NCBI GenBank assembly: GCA_964016885.1
Contig: OZ024741.1
Span: 88,288,001 to 88,352,000 of the forward strand
Reading direction: 5' to 3'
From: Eledone cirrhosa
Taxonomy: Eukaryota
DNA length: 64,000 bases
A program made the position numbers and the translations under genes. Below the pieces are notes generated by a model that worked only from the letters and a program-made list of their open reading frames with translations, ran no database searches and was not told where the DNA came from. Shown piece by piece: positions 30,419 through 44,499 of the stretch. Within the stretch, counting starts at the first letter, position 1, and the number at the start of each line of letters is the position of its first letter.

Positions 30419-31104
30419 CTGAAATTGGAATTTAAAGAAAGAGAAACAAAAATAGTTTGATCACTTGAGAAAAAAATATCTCATCAACAACATTTAGCAT
30501 CCATGTTTCCTACAAGGGTTAGACATGTCGTCAGAGACTGGTCAATATTCAAACTGAGACTCAGACCTCTCAGATTGGCTGAGGGCTCGGCATACAACCC
30601 TTTATCAGGTTTTGTTTTTTGTCCTGCAGGGTGTCCAAAATCACCCTCCTCACCAAGTAAACTTGGTGGGGTTGCCAGTTTAGTCGCCGATGATCCAACT
30701 ATGCGACCGGTTGTACTGGGTTACATGCTACCAGTAGCACTCAAGAGTGACTTAACACGAAAGCACACTTCTCATGCTACCCAGATTAATCCAACCAATT
30801 GGATTTTGAGAGCCTTTCATTGTTTCAAATCTTTAAATCAGAGATCTGCTTTCTTCTCCACCCATGTTTGTTCTGCAGTCATTGCAGGGTGGGGGTCAAC
30901 TACATTAATCACTCCAGGCTGGAAGAGTCACCTGTAACAGTCATTACCACTGCTTCTTCACATTTGACTAACTCATTAAAAAAAATTGACAATTAAAACA
31001 ATCAGCATAAAATTCAAAATCAGTTTCTGCTGTCTGGATTTCCACCACACCACACCATACCACATCACATGTTGGTGTAAATATGATCTATAATGAATAC
31101 TTAC

Positions 31105-31203
31105 AAAACTAGCCAAATCTACTGGTGCACCACTTTCCAGTAAAACTTTCACAATATCCAAGAAACCACCTTGAGCAGCAAAAAACAAAGCACAGGTACC
31201 AGT
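31105..31203 (-). CDS. ANKRD29: ANKRD29-like exon (TGTCALFFAAQGGFLDIVKVLLESGAPVDLASF)
   Basis: 99 bp, acceptor tttcAG, donor GTAAGT. GTxALFFAAQ motif as in ANKRD29. Confidence 0.92.
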
Positions 31204-32429
31204 CTGAAAATTAAACATAAACAATGAGAAAGAAACCAATAATTATATATCTCTCTATACATATTAATTCTACATTCATTTACATGCACCAATAATTATA
31301 TACATCAATAATTTTACATATGTCTATATACACCAATATATACACATATTTATACACAAGCCAATACATCTACACATGGTTACACATACCAATAATTCTA
31401 CATCTCTCTATAAAAGATAAAGATCCAATAACTCCTTATGGAGTCATAGAAGCATCGTCATATGGTATGTCAAGGGTACTTTTAAACCTGGCAGAGCCCA
31501 ACCCTCTCCAGGTCTGAACACAGCCAATTTTTTTCTATAGAGGAAGAATCGACCCCAGTACTGGACTGATACTTTTTTTTATTGACCTCGAAAGGATGAA
31601 AGGCAAGGTTGACCACAGTGGGATTTGAACTCAGAGTGCGCAATGATGTGGGACGAATACTGTAAAGCATTTTATCCAACGTCTTAACAACTCTACCAAA
31701 TTACCGCATATCTCTATACATTACCTGATAATGCTAAACATGTCAATATACACCAATAATTATACACATCTACACACACCAATATGATCAATTTGGCAGA
31801 GTTGTTAAAAGATTAGATATTTGTTTGAGGTCCATTTAGCCTTTCATCTTTTCAGGGTCAATAATGAAAGTACCAGCCTAGTGTTAGTGTAGCCCTATCT
31901 TTTTTTCTTCCAGCTGTTATATCCTGAGTGTTCCACTGGATCAAAGGAGGGAAGGTCGAGATGGTGTCTGTGTCTGCTCATGACTGCATAGGGACCTAAA
32001 AGCCTTGGTGAAAACATGGTACATACTACCAAGTCATACTCGATTGTAAGTGACAACTGTAGTTTTACATACACTAATAACTCTACATCTTTAAATATAG
32101 AACCCAATAATCTACATAAACCTATTTTAAACTGTTTTTTTTTTTAAAGACTAGTGTCCTCATTTTGGTTGTTATAATCTTGTTTCAGCCATTGTACTTT
32201 CTGGCTTTCTTCAGGTGCCTGTTGGGTTTGTAATGTTCATAGTAGTAGGTTGTTCTCATTCCATTGTTCATAGCCACAATATCCTCCCCTTTGTCCTCCT
32301 CATTCATTTTCCATGATAGCAAGGGTTGGACAATAGTCACAAACCAAGCCAGATCTTAATTGGAGCTCTTAGCCAACTCAGACAAGCCAGGGGCTGCATC
32401 TCACTTACATACATTCCCACATTTTAGAG

Positions 32430-33312
32430 CAGTGGTTCCCAAACCATGCACTGCGAGATGTAACTAAATGCGCTGCAAAAGACTAAAATTAAGTTTTAAG
32501 ATGTGAAAAACACAAACTGAAATTCGTATGAAAGTTCATATATAGCTGTCAAAGTGGCAAAAAAGTAAAGTTTAGTCAGGAAGGAGCTGGTCAGGGGGAA
32601 AATGGGCCTAGAACCTATTAATTCTGTTATGCTAATATGTATAAAAAACTCTTCTGAATAAATTTTCGAATTTATGATATGAAATTATTGTGTACAGTGC
32701 TCAGGTGCACTACAACTCGTCAAAGGAGCATGTATAGTACATAGAATAATATACAAATGTCAGGGAAGTAAATAGTGTATGAGTTATGATGTACATATGT
32801 GCATGTGTATGAAGGGGGGAATAGTAGGTGTAGTGTTGGCGAATCTCAGGAAGCATGGAGGTGGTTTTAAAGGATGTCTCGACAGCTAACAACTGATGCA
32901 GGTAGTTTGTTCCATGCTTCAGCAACTCTGAGCATGAAAAATGTTTCCGAAAGTCATGGGAGCTGTACTGTTTTCTGACTCTGTGGGCATGCCCACGTGT
33001 GTTAGACACATGGAAATCAACAAGGTACTCAGAGTTGTTGGCAAGATGGTTAATAATTTTGTGGGTGTTTACCAAGTCAGTTGCCAGATGTCGGAGCTTC
33101 AATGTATCCATGCCCAGGGAAGCAAGGCGTTCAGAGTATGGTAGATGCCTGATGGAGGGTATTCGCTTGGTTGCACGTCTCTGAACAGTTTCCAGCCTGT
33201 CAATGTTCTGAGCAAGATAGGGGTTCCAGACTTATGGTACAAAGTGCACCAGCATATTTTTGCTTTTCCCCAAAAAATGCACCATGAGTAAAAAAATGTT
33301 TGGGAACCACTA
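32430..33312. mobile_element. hAT MITE containing a CR1/L2 LINE 3' fragment (about 32680-33235, minus strand)
   Basis: TIRs CAGTGGTTCCCAAAC / GTTTGGGAACCACTA and an 8-bp TSD TTTTAGAG/TTTTAAAG. The insert is homologous to 7780-8240. Confidence 0.8.
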
Positions 33313-36050
33313 TTTTAAAGTGTCATGGGTGTATTTTATGGTGGTTCCAGCAATAGGGAGCTTGTCATATCTTTGACAGTATTAGTTAATTAGTAAGTTG
33401 TAATGCCACTAGCTTATACTGCTTAATCTAGAGTATATATTGACTAACTCAGGGATTGAACAGTATGATAAAATACATTCAGTACACTCTGTAAAGTGTT
33501 TGATGTTATGAAGAGCATCCAGCCTTAGAAACTATGCTAAAATATAACATAGAAGCAAGATTAGGTCCTCTAACTCAGCCAGGAGGACTGAAACTCTGAA
33601 TAAGAACTGACTTGGCCCATGACAACTCATTCAACTCATGACAGCATGGAAAATGGATAATGATGATGATGGTGATGATAGTGGTGATGATGATGAATGA
33701 AGGTGATGATGGTGGTTGCAGCACTGATGACATCCTTCTCATCCTCATCCTCACCACCACAACTACCATCATCATTGTCATGATTTTACAATTGCTTTCC
33801 ACGCTGGAAAGGGTAGAACAGGTTATCATGGTATGAGACCAGACAGGTCAGAGTGACCTCACCTTGCTAATACATTCCACATTTGGCATAGTTTCTACTG
33901 CTGGATGTCTTTCCCAACACCAACTCTCTTACAGAGTGTACTGGGCACATTTTTGTTGTACCAGTACTACCACTTTACAGTGTATCAGGCACATTTTTAT
34001 GGTACCAGCTCTACCACTTTACAGAATGTAATGAGTGTATTTTATCATGGAACCAGCACTAGAGAGGTTGTTATATGCTAGGTCAAACTGAAGAGTCTTC
34101 TAAACCCTACATTGTCACCATTCAATCATTGAACACTGTAATCTCTGGTCTCCCTCATCACATTTAATTTTAGTGCCATAGTGCTTGACTGGTGGATAGG
34201 TCATTTGTATAATTATTTCTACTTTTGGCACAAGGCCAGCAATTACCCCAGTGCATTACTGGTGCTTTATTTTATCGACCCCATAAGGATGAAAGGCAAA
34301 GTTAACCTTGGCGGGATTTGAAATCAGAACGTAAAGCATCATAACTCTATACTGCAAAGTATGGTGTCTGACACTATAAAATGATAGAGGATTGGGGCAA
34401 AGGGAATTATAGGATATTGTAGATCTAGCCTACCCAAGTCAGCATGGGAAGAGTAAGGTAAAGGGACCTTAACTCCTGGTGGAGTTGTGAGGCAACATCT
34501 TAATACATGAGTGTTTGGGCATTTTAAACCTGGCAGAGCCCATTCCTCTTCAGGTGAAAACAGCCAATTTCTCCCATAGCAAGAGAAAATCAAACCCAGA
34601 GCTCAGAGTACAGTGAGCCGAAACAAGTACCAAAGCATTTTCAATCCAAGTTGGCCAATTCACTGCCTTCAGCATAGACAAACAAATGTGAAAATGATAT
34701 GAGTGTAAGTGAATGTGTGAGAAAGTACACCCAGGTGCATGTGAATTATATATAAAGACATCTAGAGTCATCTGAAATCATTGAATACTGCAGTTTTAGT
34801 CTGCCAGCTCCAATTATACATAGAAAACAATACGGAGAAACAAATTTTCTCTCTCTTTTGTGCATTGCAGTTAGCAGAGCAACTTAGTTACTTGCCTTCT
34901 CTTTCTAATTCTCTCTCTCTATCACTCAATCTCTCTCTTTCTCTCTCACTAACACACTCTTTGACTCATTCACACACACCATATATTCTCTATCTTTCTC
35001 ACTAACACAGTTTCTTTCACACACACACACTCTCTCTCTCGCTCTCTGATTCACTCACTTAACACACACCTACTCACCCTTTTTCGCTTCCACTCCACCA
35101 CAAAAATGAAACTTGCCAAATTCCTCATTCTAATAACCTAACATGTCTGAAACTTAACCAATCTTCTACTGTTTTATTTTTAACACAATGTTGCTGTTTG
35201 AATGTAGAATTTATTTTTAACCAATATCAACAAGTGGCAGACCACCATCTATAATTAGTTGCCCCATCTCTATCAGGAGGTTTACTCATCAATAGAACTG
35301 GGTTTTTATTCAGGGTTCAATCCAGCCTAGGGTTTCCTTTGCTGTTCTTCCTTTCAGGGTTGATATAGAAAGTACTAGCCGATGTTGATGTAACCCTCTC
35401 TCTCCTTCCAGCAGTCACATCTTGGATGTTCTACTTCATCAAGCAAGAGAGGGTCAAGAGGGTGTCCATGTTTGCTTGTGACTACATGGGCACCTAAAAC
35501 TCTTAGTGAAAGCATGGTATATGCCTCAAAGTCACACTTGATTGCGAATGATGGCTGTTTTTTAGTTTTTATAACTGGTCCTCTATTACAAATAGTAAAC
35601 AAGTGGTTTTCTGTCTTCAATATGTGGCCAACCGCTAAGTAGATTTATGATGTAAGGAAAAATATTTACTGTTTCATAATTCTATGTTGTTTTATGAGGG
35701 GATCATAATCCTCATCCAGCAAACCTATGATCAAAAGCATTTCAGTCATTACCACAATTTTTTTCCTGGGGTATGTCCAAGACTAACAGGCGGTGAATTG
35801 GCAGTATCAGTAGAGCATCACACACCCTGCTTTTAGCGGCACAGAGTTACGGCCCTTTACGTCCTGAGTTCAAATCCTGTTGCGGTTAGCTTTGCCCTTC
35901 ATCCTTATAAAATAAAGTACCAGTCATGCACAGGGGTTAATTTAATTGACTTTCCTCTCCCCTAAAATTGCTGGCCTTGTGTCTATATCAGAACTGTAGT
36001 GCACCTGAGCACTATACTCAATAATTTTCATTATTATTATTTATATTATA

Positions 36051-36250
36051 GGGCGGTGGATTGGCAGTATTGGTAGAGGGTCGGACGCCATGCTTTGCAG
36101 CATAGAGTTACGGCCCTTTCCATTCAGAGTTCAAATCCCGCTGAGGTTAACTTTACCTTTCATCCTTACAGGGTCGATAAAATAAAGTACCAGTAATGCA
36201 CTGGGTAATTTGCTGGCCTTGTGCCAAAAGTAGAAACAATTATTATTATT
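36051..36250 (+). mobile_element. tRNA-derived SINE (family 1)
   Basis: Full-length copy from GGGCGGTGGATTGGCAG to gaaacaattattatt. Confidence 0.8.
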
Positions 36251-37267
36251 TATATTATCTAATATGTCCTTTTCTTATTCAGGAAAGAGAAAGATTTAGA
36301 GTGATTTGCCTGCTATTTCAAGCACTTCAAGCAACTACATAGAAGCTCACTTGTTTGCTTATCGGTTTAGAAGTTGTTGCTTTTTAAACCCATGTCATCC
36401 CTGATTCAGTAGATTTACAATCAAACACTTTCTAGCAGTGTCCATCATGTCTTTTTTTTAAATAACAGGGTATAATGAGAGCTATTTGGCTGTTATTCCT
36501 AACAGATCAGATGACCACTTACAGGTTCTCTTATAAAATCAAAGATAAATTTAATGTAGGTAAAACTGGTCCTATGTGTTGGAAAAATGTATGCACATGC
36601 ACGGGGTTGCTATAGAAATCATCCCACCTCATGCCTTTCTGACCTATTATAGGACTAGTTACATAAGAAAGCCCAAATAGTTCATTTGTTTTATATTGGA
36701 CTGTTTCAGCTTTACATCTGAAAAAGGTTATAGCCCTGAAATATCATGTCATAATACACTGGGTAATACATTACTTTGTTTTGTTTCATTTACCATCATT
36801 TTCATTGTACTGGCTTCTTTTAAATAAACCTATTGTTCATTTATTACATATCTCACAATGCTTCATATTAACTACACTAATATATGTATGTATATATACA
36901 TCATCATCATTGTTTAACGTCTATCTTCCACATTAGCATGGGTTAAACGGGAGTTGTCCCACTTGAGGCAAGATTGGTCGGGTGACCATGTCTTGCTTGT
37001 ATCGGACTATCTGGCAGGTTTTCTACGGCTGGATGCCCTTCCTAACACCAACCACATTTACAGTGGGGACTGGGAACTTTTTACCGTGTTACCTACACGG
37101 CCACATTACAGCATGAACTGTGTGTTTTTTTGTTGCGACACCTACACAATCTCAATCTCATTATCTCATTAGTTTGGACTGGATGTTGTGGTACCAACAT
37201 AACTTTACAGAGAAAGGGTGGTGTTGGTGGGAGTGGGAGGATGGAGTAGGGGTATATATATATATAT

Positions 37268-37590
37268 GGAGGCACATGGCTTAGTGGTTAGAGCATTGGG
37301 CTTGCAACCGAAAGGTTGTGAGTTCAATTCTCAGACCAGGTGATGTGTTGTTTCCTTGAGCAAGACACTTTATTTCACCTTGCTCCAGTTTACTCAGCTG
37401 TAGAAATGAGATAATAGGGACTGCAAAGTGGTCGTGGAGGTGCCACGGCAAAAAAGCACCCAGCACTCACTGTAAATGAGGTTGGTGTTAGGAAGGGCAT
37501 CCAGCTGTAGAAATCAAGCCAGAATCAGTTCCCGTCCCACCCTTGCAAGCAAGGGAAAAGCGGACGTAAAATGAAATGATGATGATGATA
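37268..37590 (+). mobile_element. tRNA-derived CORE-like SINE (family 2) with LINE-like 3' tail
   Basis: A-box TGGCTTAGTGG, B-box GAGTTCAATTC, ccttgagcaagacacttta core and (GAT)n tail. Inverted near-copy at 44142-44481; relatives near 10430, 20270, 40853 and 51420. Confidence 0.75.
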
Positions 37591-38489
37591 TATAATCATC
37601 AACACAATCACCACCATCGTCATTTAATGTCTGTTTTTCCATGCTAGCATGGGTTGTCAAAGACGAAACTAGCATTCAATCAGAGTCACTATCTTTAAAA
37701 AATGGGCCGTGGGTCGCATCCAGGGGCCTCGTTTACCTTTAAAATGTGAGGGGACAAACCAACATTTGTTGATTCTTAAAGGAGCATGTTAGTATTGCTT
37801 ATGGTGCCTTTCCCAGACCCTATCACATAAGTAAAATTTTACACTAATTAAATTTGATATATTCAAATGAAGTTCGGATATAAAAAAATAAGCTTTAAAA
37901 GAGTTTATTGGCCCTTGCCATTCTGAGTTCAAATCCCGCTGAGGTTAACTTTGCCTTTCATCCTTACGGGGTCGATAAAATAAAGTACCAGTAATGTACT
38001 GGGTAATTGCTGGCCTTGTGCCAATAGTAGAAACAATTATATCAAATAAACAAAAAAATAAAACATAGACGTTTGAAAAGTGTGTGTGTGTGGGGGGGGG
38101 GGGTCCCCTGGTAACCCCCTGAAACTAGGCCCTTGGTCGCATCTCACATACTTTTCTAAACATTACAGAGTGTACTAGGTGCATTTTATTGTGACACCAG
38201 CACTAGGGAGGTTGTGTTCTTGACACAATTGAAGGGTTCTCTCAACCCTATGTTTGGCAGGTTTACTAAGGCCGGATGCCCTTCCTAACACCAATCACTT
38301 TACAAAATGTACTGAATGCATTTTATCATGACACCAGCACTATATATCATCATCATCATTATTACCATTTTACATCTATTTTCCTCAAGGCCACTTCTAG
38401 AACCATCCACTACTTAACATTTGTTCTCTCTCTCTCTCCCATTACTGCCTCCCTTCATCCTGCAGTGGTTACAATGACCTCTAGTTTTG

Positions 38490-39400
38490 GTGCCATAATA
38501 AAATACACTGAATATAACCTATAAGTGGTAGTACTAGTGCCATAATAAAATACACTGAATATAACCTATAAGTGGTAGTACTAGTGCCATAATAAAATGC
38601 ACTGAATATAACCTATAAGTGGTAGTACTAGTGCCATAATAAAATGCACTGAATATAACCTATAAGTGGTAGTACTAGTGCCATAATAAAATACACTGAA
38701 TATAACCTATAAGTGGTAGTACTAGTGCCATAATAAAATGCACTGAATATAACCTATAAGTGGTAGTACTAGTGCCATAATAAAATACACTGAATATAAC
38801 CTATAAGTGGTAGTACTAGTGCCATAATAAAATGCACTGAATATAACCTATAAGTGGTAGTACTAGTGCCATAATAAAATGCACTGAATATAACCTATAA
38901 GTGGTAGTACTAGTGCCATAATAAAATACACTGAATATAACCTATAAGTGGTAGTACTAGTGCCATAATAAAATACACTGAATATAACCTATAAGTGGTA
39001 GTACTAGTGCCATAATAAAATACACTGAATATAACCTATAAGTGGTAGTACTAGTGCCATAATAAAATACACTGAATATAACCTATAAGTGGTAGTACTA
39101 GTGCCATAATAAAATACACTGAATATAACCTATAAGTGGTAGTACTAGTGCCATAATAAAATACACTGAATATAACCTATAAGTGGTAGTACTAGTGCCA
39201 TAATAAAATACACTGAATATAACCTATAAGTGGTAGTACTAGTGCCATAATAAAATACACTGAATATAACCTATAAGTGGTAGTACTAGTGCCATAATAA
39301 AATACACTGAATATAACCTATAAGTGGTAGTACTAGTGCCATAATAAAATACACTGAATATAACCTATAAGTGGTAGTACTAGTGCCATAATAAAATGCA
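38490..39400. repeat. 47-bp minisatellite, about 19 copies, followed by degenerate units to about 39560
   Basis: Unit gtgccataataaaatacactgaatataacctataagtggtagtacta. Confidence 0.98.
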
Positions 39401-39949
39401 GCCAATATACCCTGTAAGCGGTAATACTAGTGCCATGATAAAATGCACCCATCATACCCTATAAGTGGTAGTATTAGTGTCATGATAAGATGCACCCAGT
39501 ACATCCTGTAAGTGGTAGTGATTGTGCCACAATGAAATGTACCCAGTATACTCTGTAAAGTAGCTGGCATTAGGCAGGGCATCCAGCTTCAGAAACCATG
39601 CCAAAAATGGAATGTACAAGCAAGACATGGTTTCCCAACCAATCTAATCTCAGACAGTGGCAATCCATCCAAACCATGCCAGCATGGAAACCAGATAAAC
39701 AGATTTTTGATGATGATGGTGATGATGATTGTGTTAGTGTTAATGATGATGGTTATGATAGTGATGATGACGATGATGAGGAGGAGGCAGAGGGGATGTA
39801 TATATTAGATTGGACAATACACAATGAAATTGAAAATTGGCTTCAGTTATACATAATATTTTTTCTACTGCTTCCCTCTAACTGTCTGTTGCCACAGTGG
39901 CTGCCATCTGTTTGAATTTTTAGCAGTATTAGTTATAGATGTTATCGCC

Positions 39950-40471
39950 ACTTTAGCAGGGTGGTAGAATCAGTGGTCGTTAGTTGCCAGTGTGGTAAGT
40001 GATAGTATCCTCGTTGGATTATCTTGTCGACATAGACGTGAGGGAAGGTCCCTCGATCTATTTACCATCTATTTACAATATTCCTTTCGTCAGGTCGCCA
40101 ATTCCAGCAGCATGGATTAAAGATGTTATTGAGACACGAGTAACATAACAACGACCCCAACAGCAGTAATTAGAGATGGAATGTATGTTTATTTATATGG
40201 TTGAAGTTACAGATACAAAGAGGTTACAAAATGGAATGTGCCATTGCGCCGTTAAGCCGGCGAGGCTAGTGGTGCAATATCTCACTGTTACATTATGCGT
40301 GTTGCTGGCTCGAAGTTTCTGGTACAAGAGAGAGATTCTTCAAATCTTCGCGGGGAATTTCTTCCTCAGGGCGCGTAGGGATACATCCTCTTCTACTGGC
40401 GCTGATTGGCTGAACTGAGCCAAATCACGCACAGAGAATGTATGTGAGCCCGCGGAATGTAGGTCACTACA
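39950..40471 (-). mobile_element. Possible LTR-retrotransposon 5' LTR with PBS and leader remnant
   Basis: CpG-rich island. Minus strand starts TGTAGTGACC at 40471, has AATAAA near 40190 and PBS-like TGGCGACCTG at 40100-40091. No partner LTR seen. Confidence 0.4.
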
Positions 40472-42661
40472 AATTTTAACATAAATAAATCATATTGAGC
40501 AACAAATCAATGTTAATGCTGATAAAGTTTGTTTGTATTACACCTTTTCAATCCATTACCCGTTACCACCATTACCTTATTTATTTATCTATCTTTTGTC
40601 AGTACTTGGCTGTAACTTTGATGAATCTACACTACGTATCTATCTTTTGTCAGTATCTAGCTCTAACATTGATGAAACTGCACTACACTTCATCCAATCT
40701 TCCTGTCTTTCTCACATAATACACTTTATCAATAGTTTTCATATTTATCTCACTCCACTGCTGCATTGCCACACTACTGGCACTGAATAACTACACTATT
40801 TCATCTGCACTGCTCTATATGTATGTGTTTGTCTCTGTATAGGTATATATGTAGACGCATGGTTTAGTGGTTAGAGTGTTTGTCTTATAACCATAAAGCC
40901 ATGAGTTTGATACCCAGCAGTACTGTGTTGAGTCCTTGAGTGAGGCACTTAATTTCACATTTCTCCAGTTTATCTGCCTGGCATAAATGAGTTGTACCTG
41001 TAAATCAAAAGAGCCAGCCATGTCACACATTGTGTCACACTGAATTTTTGTGAGAACTATGTTAAGAGTATATGCATCTGTGGAATACTCAGTCACATAC
41101 ATGTTAATTTCATGAACAGGCTGTTCTGTTAATCCAACAACTGGAACACAACACTTGTTATCAGAGCTGAAAGAAGTTCAATAATTGTATGTGTGTATGG
41201 AATGGACCTCCATTGGTTTCGATGATTAGTGTTCTAGTTATTTGATAAATGCTACAGCCTGCTCATGAAATTAACATGTAAATGGATGAGCATTTCATAA
41301 ACATGTGTACCCTTAACGTCATTCTCAGGAAGACTCAGCATGACACAGAGTGCGACAAAGCTAGCCCTTTGAATTGAGTCTGGTTCTATGACACTAAACT
41401 GTTTGTTTTAAAGTGTTTATTTATCTAAAAACGCTCCATCATATTTTTTTTTGTAAGAACGTTTTCTGAGTTATGTTCAAAATGCCAGCTTAAAAAACCT
41501 TGCATAATTTTATGTAAGAACATTTGTTAAGTTTTCTTCTAAACATCGGCTTAATAAGGAGAAAGTTATATTACCAAGTCTCTCCAAATTCTTGATTATT
41601 TTTGAAGAAGACCATAGGTAGTGTCTTTCATTAGAAATATGGTTTACCAAGCCAACTGAAACTGCTCCTTGTTCTTTGATACTAAATTGTTTGTTTTAAA
41701 GTGTTTATGTTTATTTAAAAACCTTGCAATAATATATGTAAGGACATTTGATATATTCCAAATACCACTTTAATAATGAAAACGTTAGTTATTACCAAGT
41801 CTCCCCAAATAGTTTTCAAAAATTAATTGAAAATCATAGGTAATGTCTTTCATTAGAAATATGGTATTAAAAGGGTTAATTTCTAAACTATTTCAGCACA
41901 AGTTTACCTATTGTTTTTGATGAGAGAAATGAGTAGTTATGAACTTTACAGGACCTCTCAGATTGGTGAAGTCGATGTGGATGATGTTTACCTCAACTTT
42001 TATGTTGAAGAGAAAATTTTGGAGGGCTGAGATTTGCAAAGGCATATGGTTGAAGCTTTTCATATGGAAACTTGTGTGTATGTGTGTGTGGGGGGGGGGG
42101 GGGTCATAATAATGAAGAAGAAAGAAGGGTAGGCAGATATCAAGTGAGGTTGAACAGATGTAATATATAGCTTGATAGTTTTGAGGAGCAGAAGACATCA
42201 TAGTACAGAGAAAGATGGAACAGTGAGTCTGTAGTGGTGAGAGGCAGAGAGAGAGGGGGGAGAGAGGTACAGAGAGAAAGAGAGGCAGAGAGAGCCCCCC
42301 TCTCTCTGCAGAGAGAGAGAAAGAAAGAGAGAAAGAGAATTTTAAAGATCAACAAAGCTTATTTTGAAATGCACCTCAGTAGGTCATCAAAACTTGTTTG
42401 TTAGTTTTTTCGTGACAAGTCGTAGTCTTCATCTTTGTCTTCTTCGTCTTCTCTCCCCTCTTCCCCCTCCTTTCAATCATTGATCATACTGGTGATAATC
42501 AATTTTCTCTACTTGAAGCTCTTTCTACTTGCTATATATATGAATTAGTCTGCTCTCTAGAGCTACTCTTTACATATGTAGTTAGAAATCCAGAACAAAG
42601 CCACATTTCCTCAGTCTAGTGCAGTTTCAAGTGTGCATGTATGTGTGAACGCATCTCTGTT

Positions 42662-42714
<53 letters not shown>

Positions 42715-42759
42715 GGAGAAGAGAGAGTGTGTTAGTGTGTATATATATATATATCTAGG

Positions 42760-43495
42760 GCGGGTAAAATTCTCTCCAGCGGTCTCTGTCCCTCATTATC
42801 GCTGCCATGTCCTGCATCTCCAACAGACCAGTATCTGTCCTTAGGGCATCAACATATGTTAACTTCGGTCTTCCTCTTCCAGTGTGTCCATGCAGGGGCT
42901 CCCACAGGAGCACTCAGTGCAGTGTCAACTCTGGATGTCGGTGAGCATGTCCAGCTAACCTCAGTCTCCTCTGTGTCACTTTTGAGCTGACTTTTGGGAG
43001 GCTTCCGTACAGCTCTGAGTTCTTCATCCTCAGTGTATACTGATTAATGTTCAGAGCCATCCTCAGCATTCTCGTGTAGCACCCATCCACCTTCTGAGTG
43101 AGTTTCTTGGTCAGTGTCCAAGTCTCAAACCCATACAGCAACGAAGAGACGGATCTTCAGGTCTTTACGAATCTCTGACTTCCAAACCGATCTCAAGCTG
43201 TGGCACGCCGCCCAGGCTTTGTTCTTCCTCTCGACCACATCATCTTCCGTATTCCCAATCTTTGCTCCCAAATACAGGAAGTCCTCAACCAATTCTAGCA
43301 GCTTCCCGCCTACATTAGTAATCTTCTCTGGCTTCTTAATATTCTCTACCAGATATTTTGTCTTAATCTCATTCATTCTCAGCCCCAGACTCATCGACAC
43401 AGTCTCCACCTCCTGCCACAAATCCTCTGCCTCCTTCACTGTGTTTGTCACCAAAACTATGTCGTCAGCAAATTCAGCATCCGATATCTTTTTCA
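42760..43495 (-). mobile_element. 5'-truncated RTE-like LINE fragment
   Basis: FADDI RT motif, VEDFLYLG, LYGxETW, RRLRLAGH. One frameshift; flanked by (TA)n. Confidence 0.85.
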
Positions 43496-43533
<38 letters not shown>

Positions 43534-43751
43534 CATCATCATCATCATCGCTTAACGTCTATCGCCCACGCTAGCATGGGTTTATATATATATATATATA
43601 TATGTAGGAGGTGAGTAATATTGTAGAACAATAAAACAATGCATATATCAGATAAGTAGCACTCGACAGTTGGTAGAACTGAAGTATATATATAAAGAAG
43701 AAATTATACTGGAGTATATATAAAGAAGAAATTAAAACATTCACCTCATCA

Positions 43752-43782
<31 letters not shown>

Positions 43783-44141
43783 TTATTATATTTTTTTAGC
43801 CGTTATTCACAGCCGTTTTTTCATTTTTTTTCATTTTTGACAGCGTTCCCGATCAAAATTATCTCTCTCTCTCTCCTCCTTCTTTCTTTCTTTTTTCCTC
43901 TCTTCTATTTCTTTTTTCCTTTTTCCTTCTTCTTTCCTTTTCTTCATTTTTCCTATTTTTTCCTGTTCTCTTATATTTTTGTCATATGTTGACTGGACAC
44001 TTTCTTGTTCACAAGTGTTTTTAGGCCTCATATCATGTTACCTTATTTTATCATCCCAGGATGATGTTGTTTTCGAAATGCGCATAATAAAATATATGGA
44101 ACTGTTTAAACCATCTTTAATTTCTTCTTTATATATATATC

Positions 44142-44481
44142 ATCATTCATCATTTCATTTTACGTCCGCTTTTCCCTGCTTGCAAGGGTGGGACGGGAAC
44201 TGATTCTGGCTTGATTTCTACAGCTGGATGCCCTTCCTAACACCAACCTCATTTACAGTGAGTGCTGGGTGCTTTTTTTGCCGTGGCACCTCCACGACCA
44301 CTTTGCAGTGGAATGATAGCGACCTCAGTCCCTATTATCTCATTTCTACAGCTGAGTAAACTGGAGCAATGTGAAATAAAGTGTCTTGTTCAAGGAAACA
44401 ACACATCACCCGGTCTGAGAATAGAAATCACAACCTTTCGATTGCAAGGCCGATGCTCTAACCACTAAGCCATGTGCCTCC
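44142..44481 (-). mobile_element. SINE family 2 copy
   Basis: Reverse complement of 37268-37590 with few differences. Confidence 0.75.
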
Positions 44482-44499
44482 ATTATAAATATATATATA

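Noticed and set aside
37268-37350. tRNA-like A and B boxes here and at 23150-23250
   Set aside because: These are SINE heads continuing into core and tail sequence; no complete cloverleaf.
38490-39400. Regular repeat array resembling CRISPR
   Set aside because: Units are contiguous with no unique spacers, no cas genes are present, and the context is eukaryotic.
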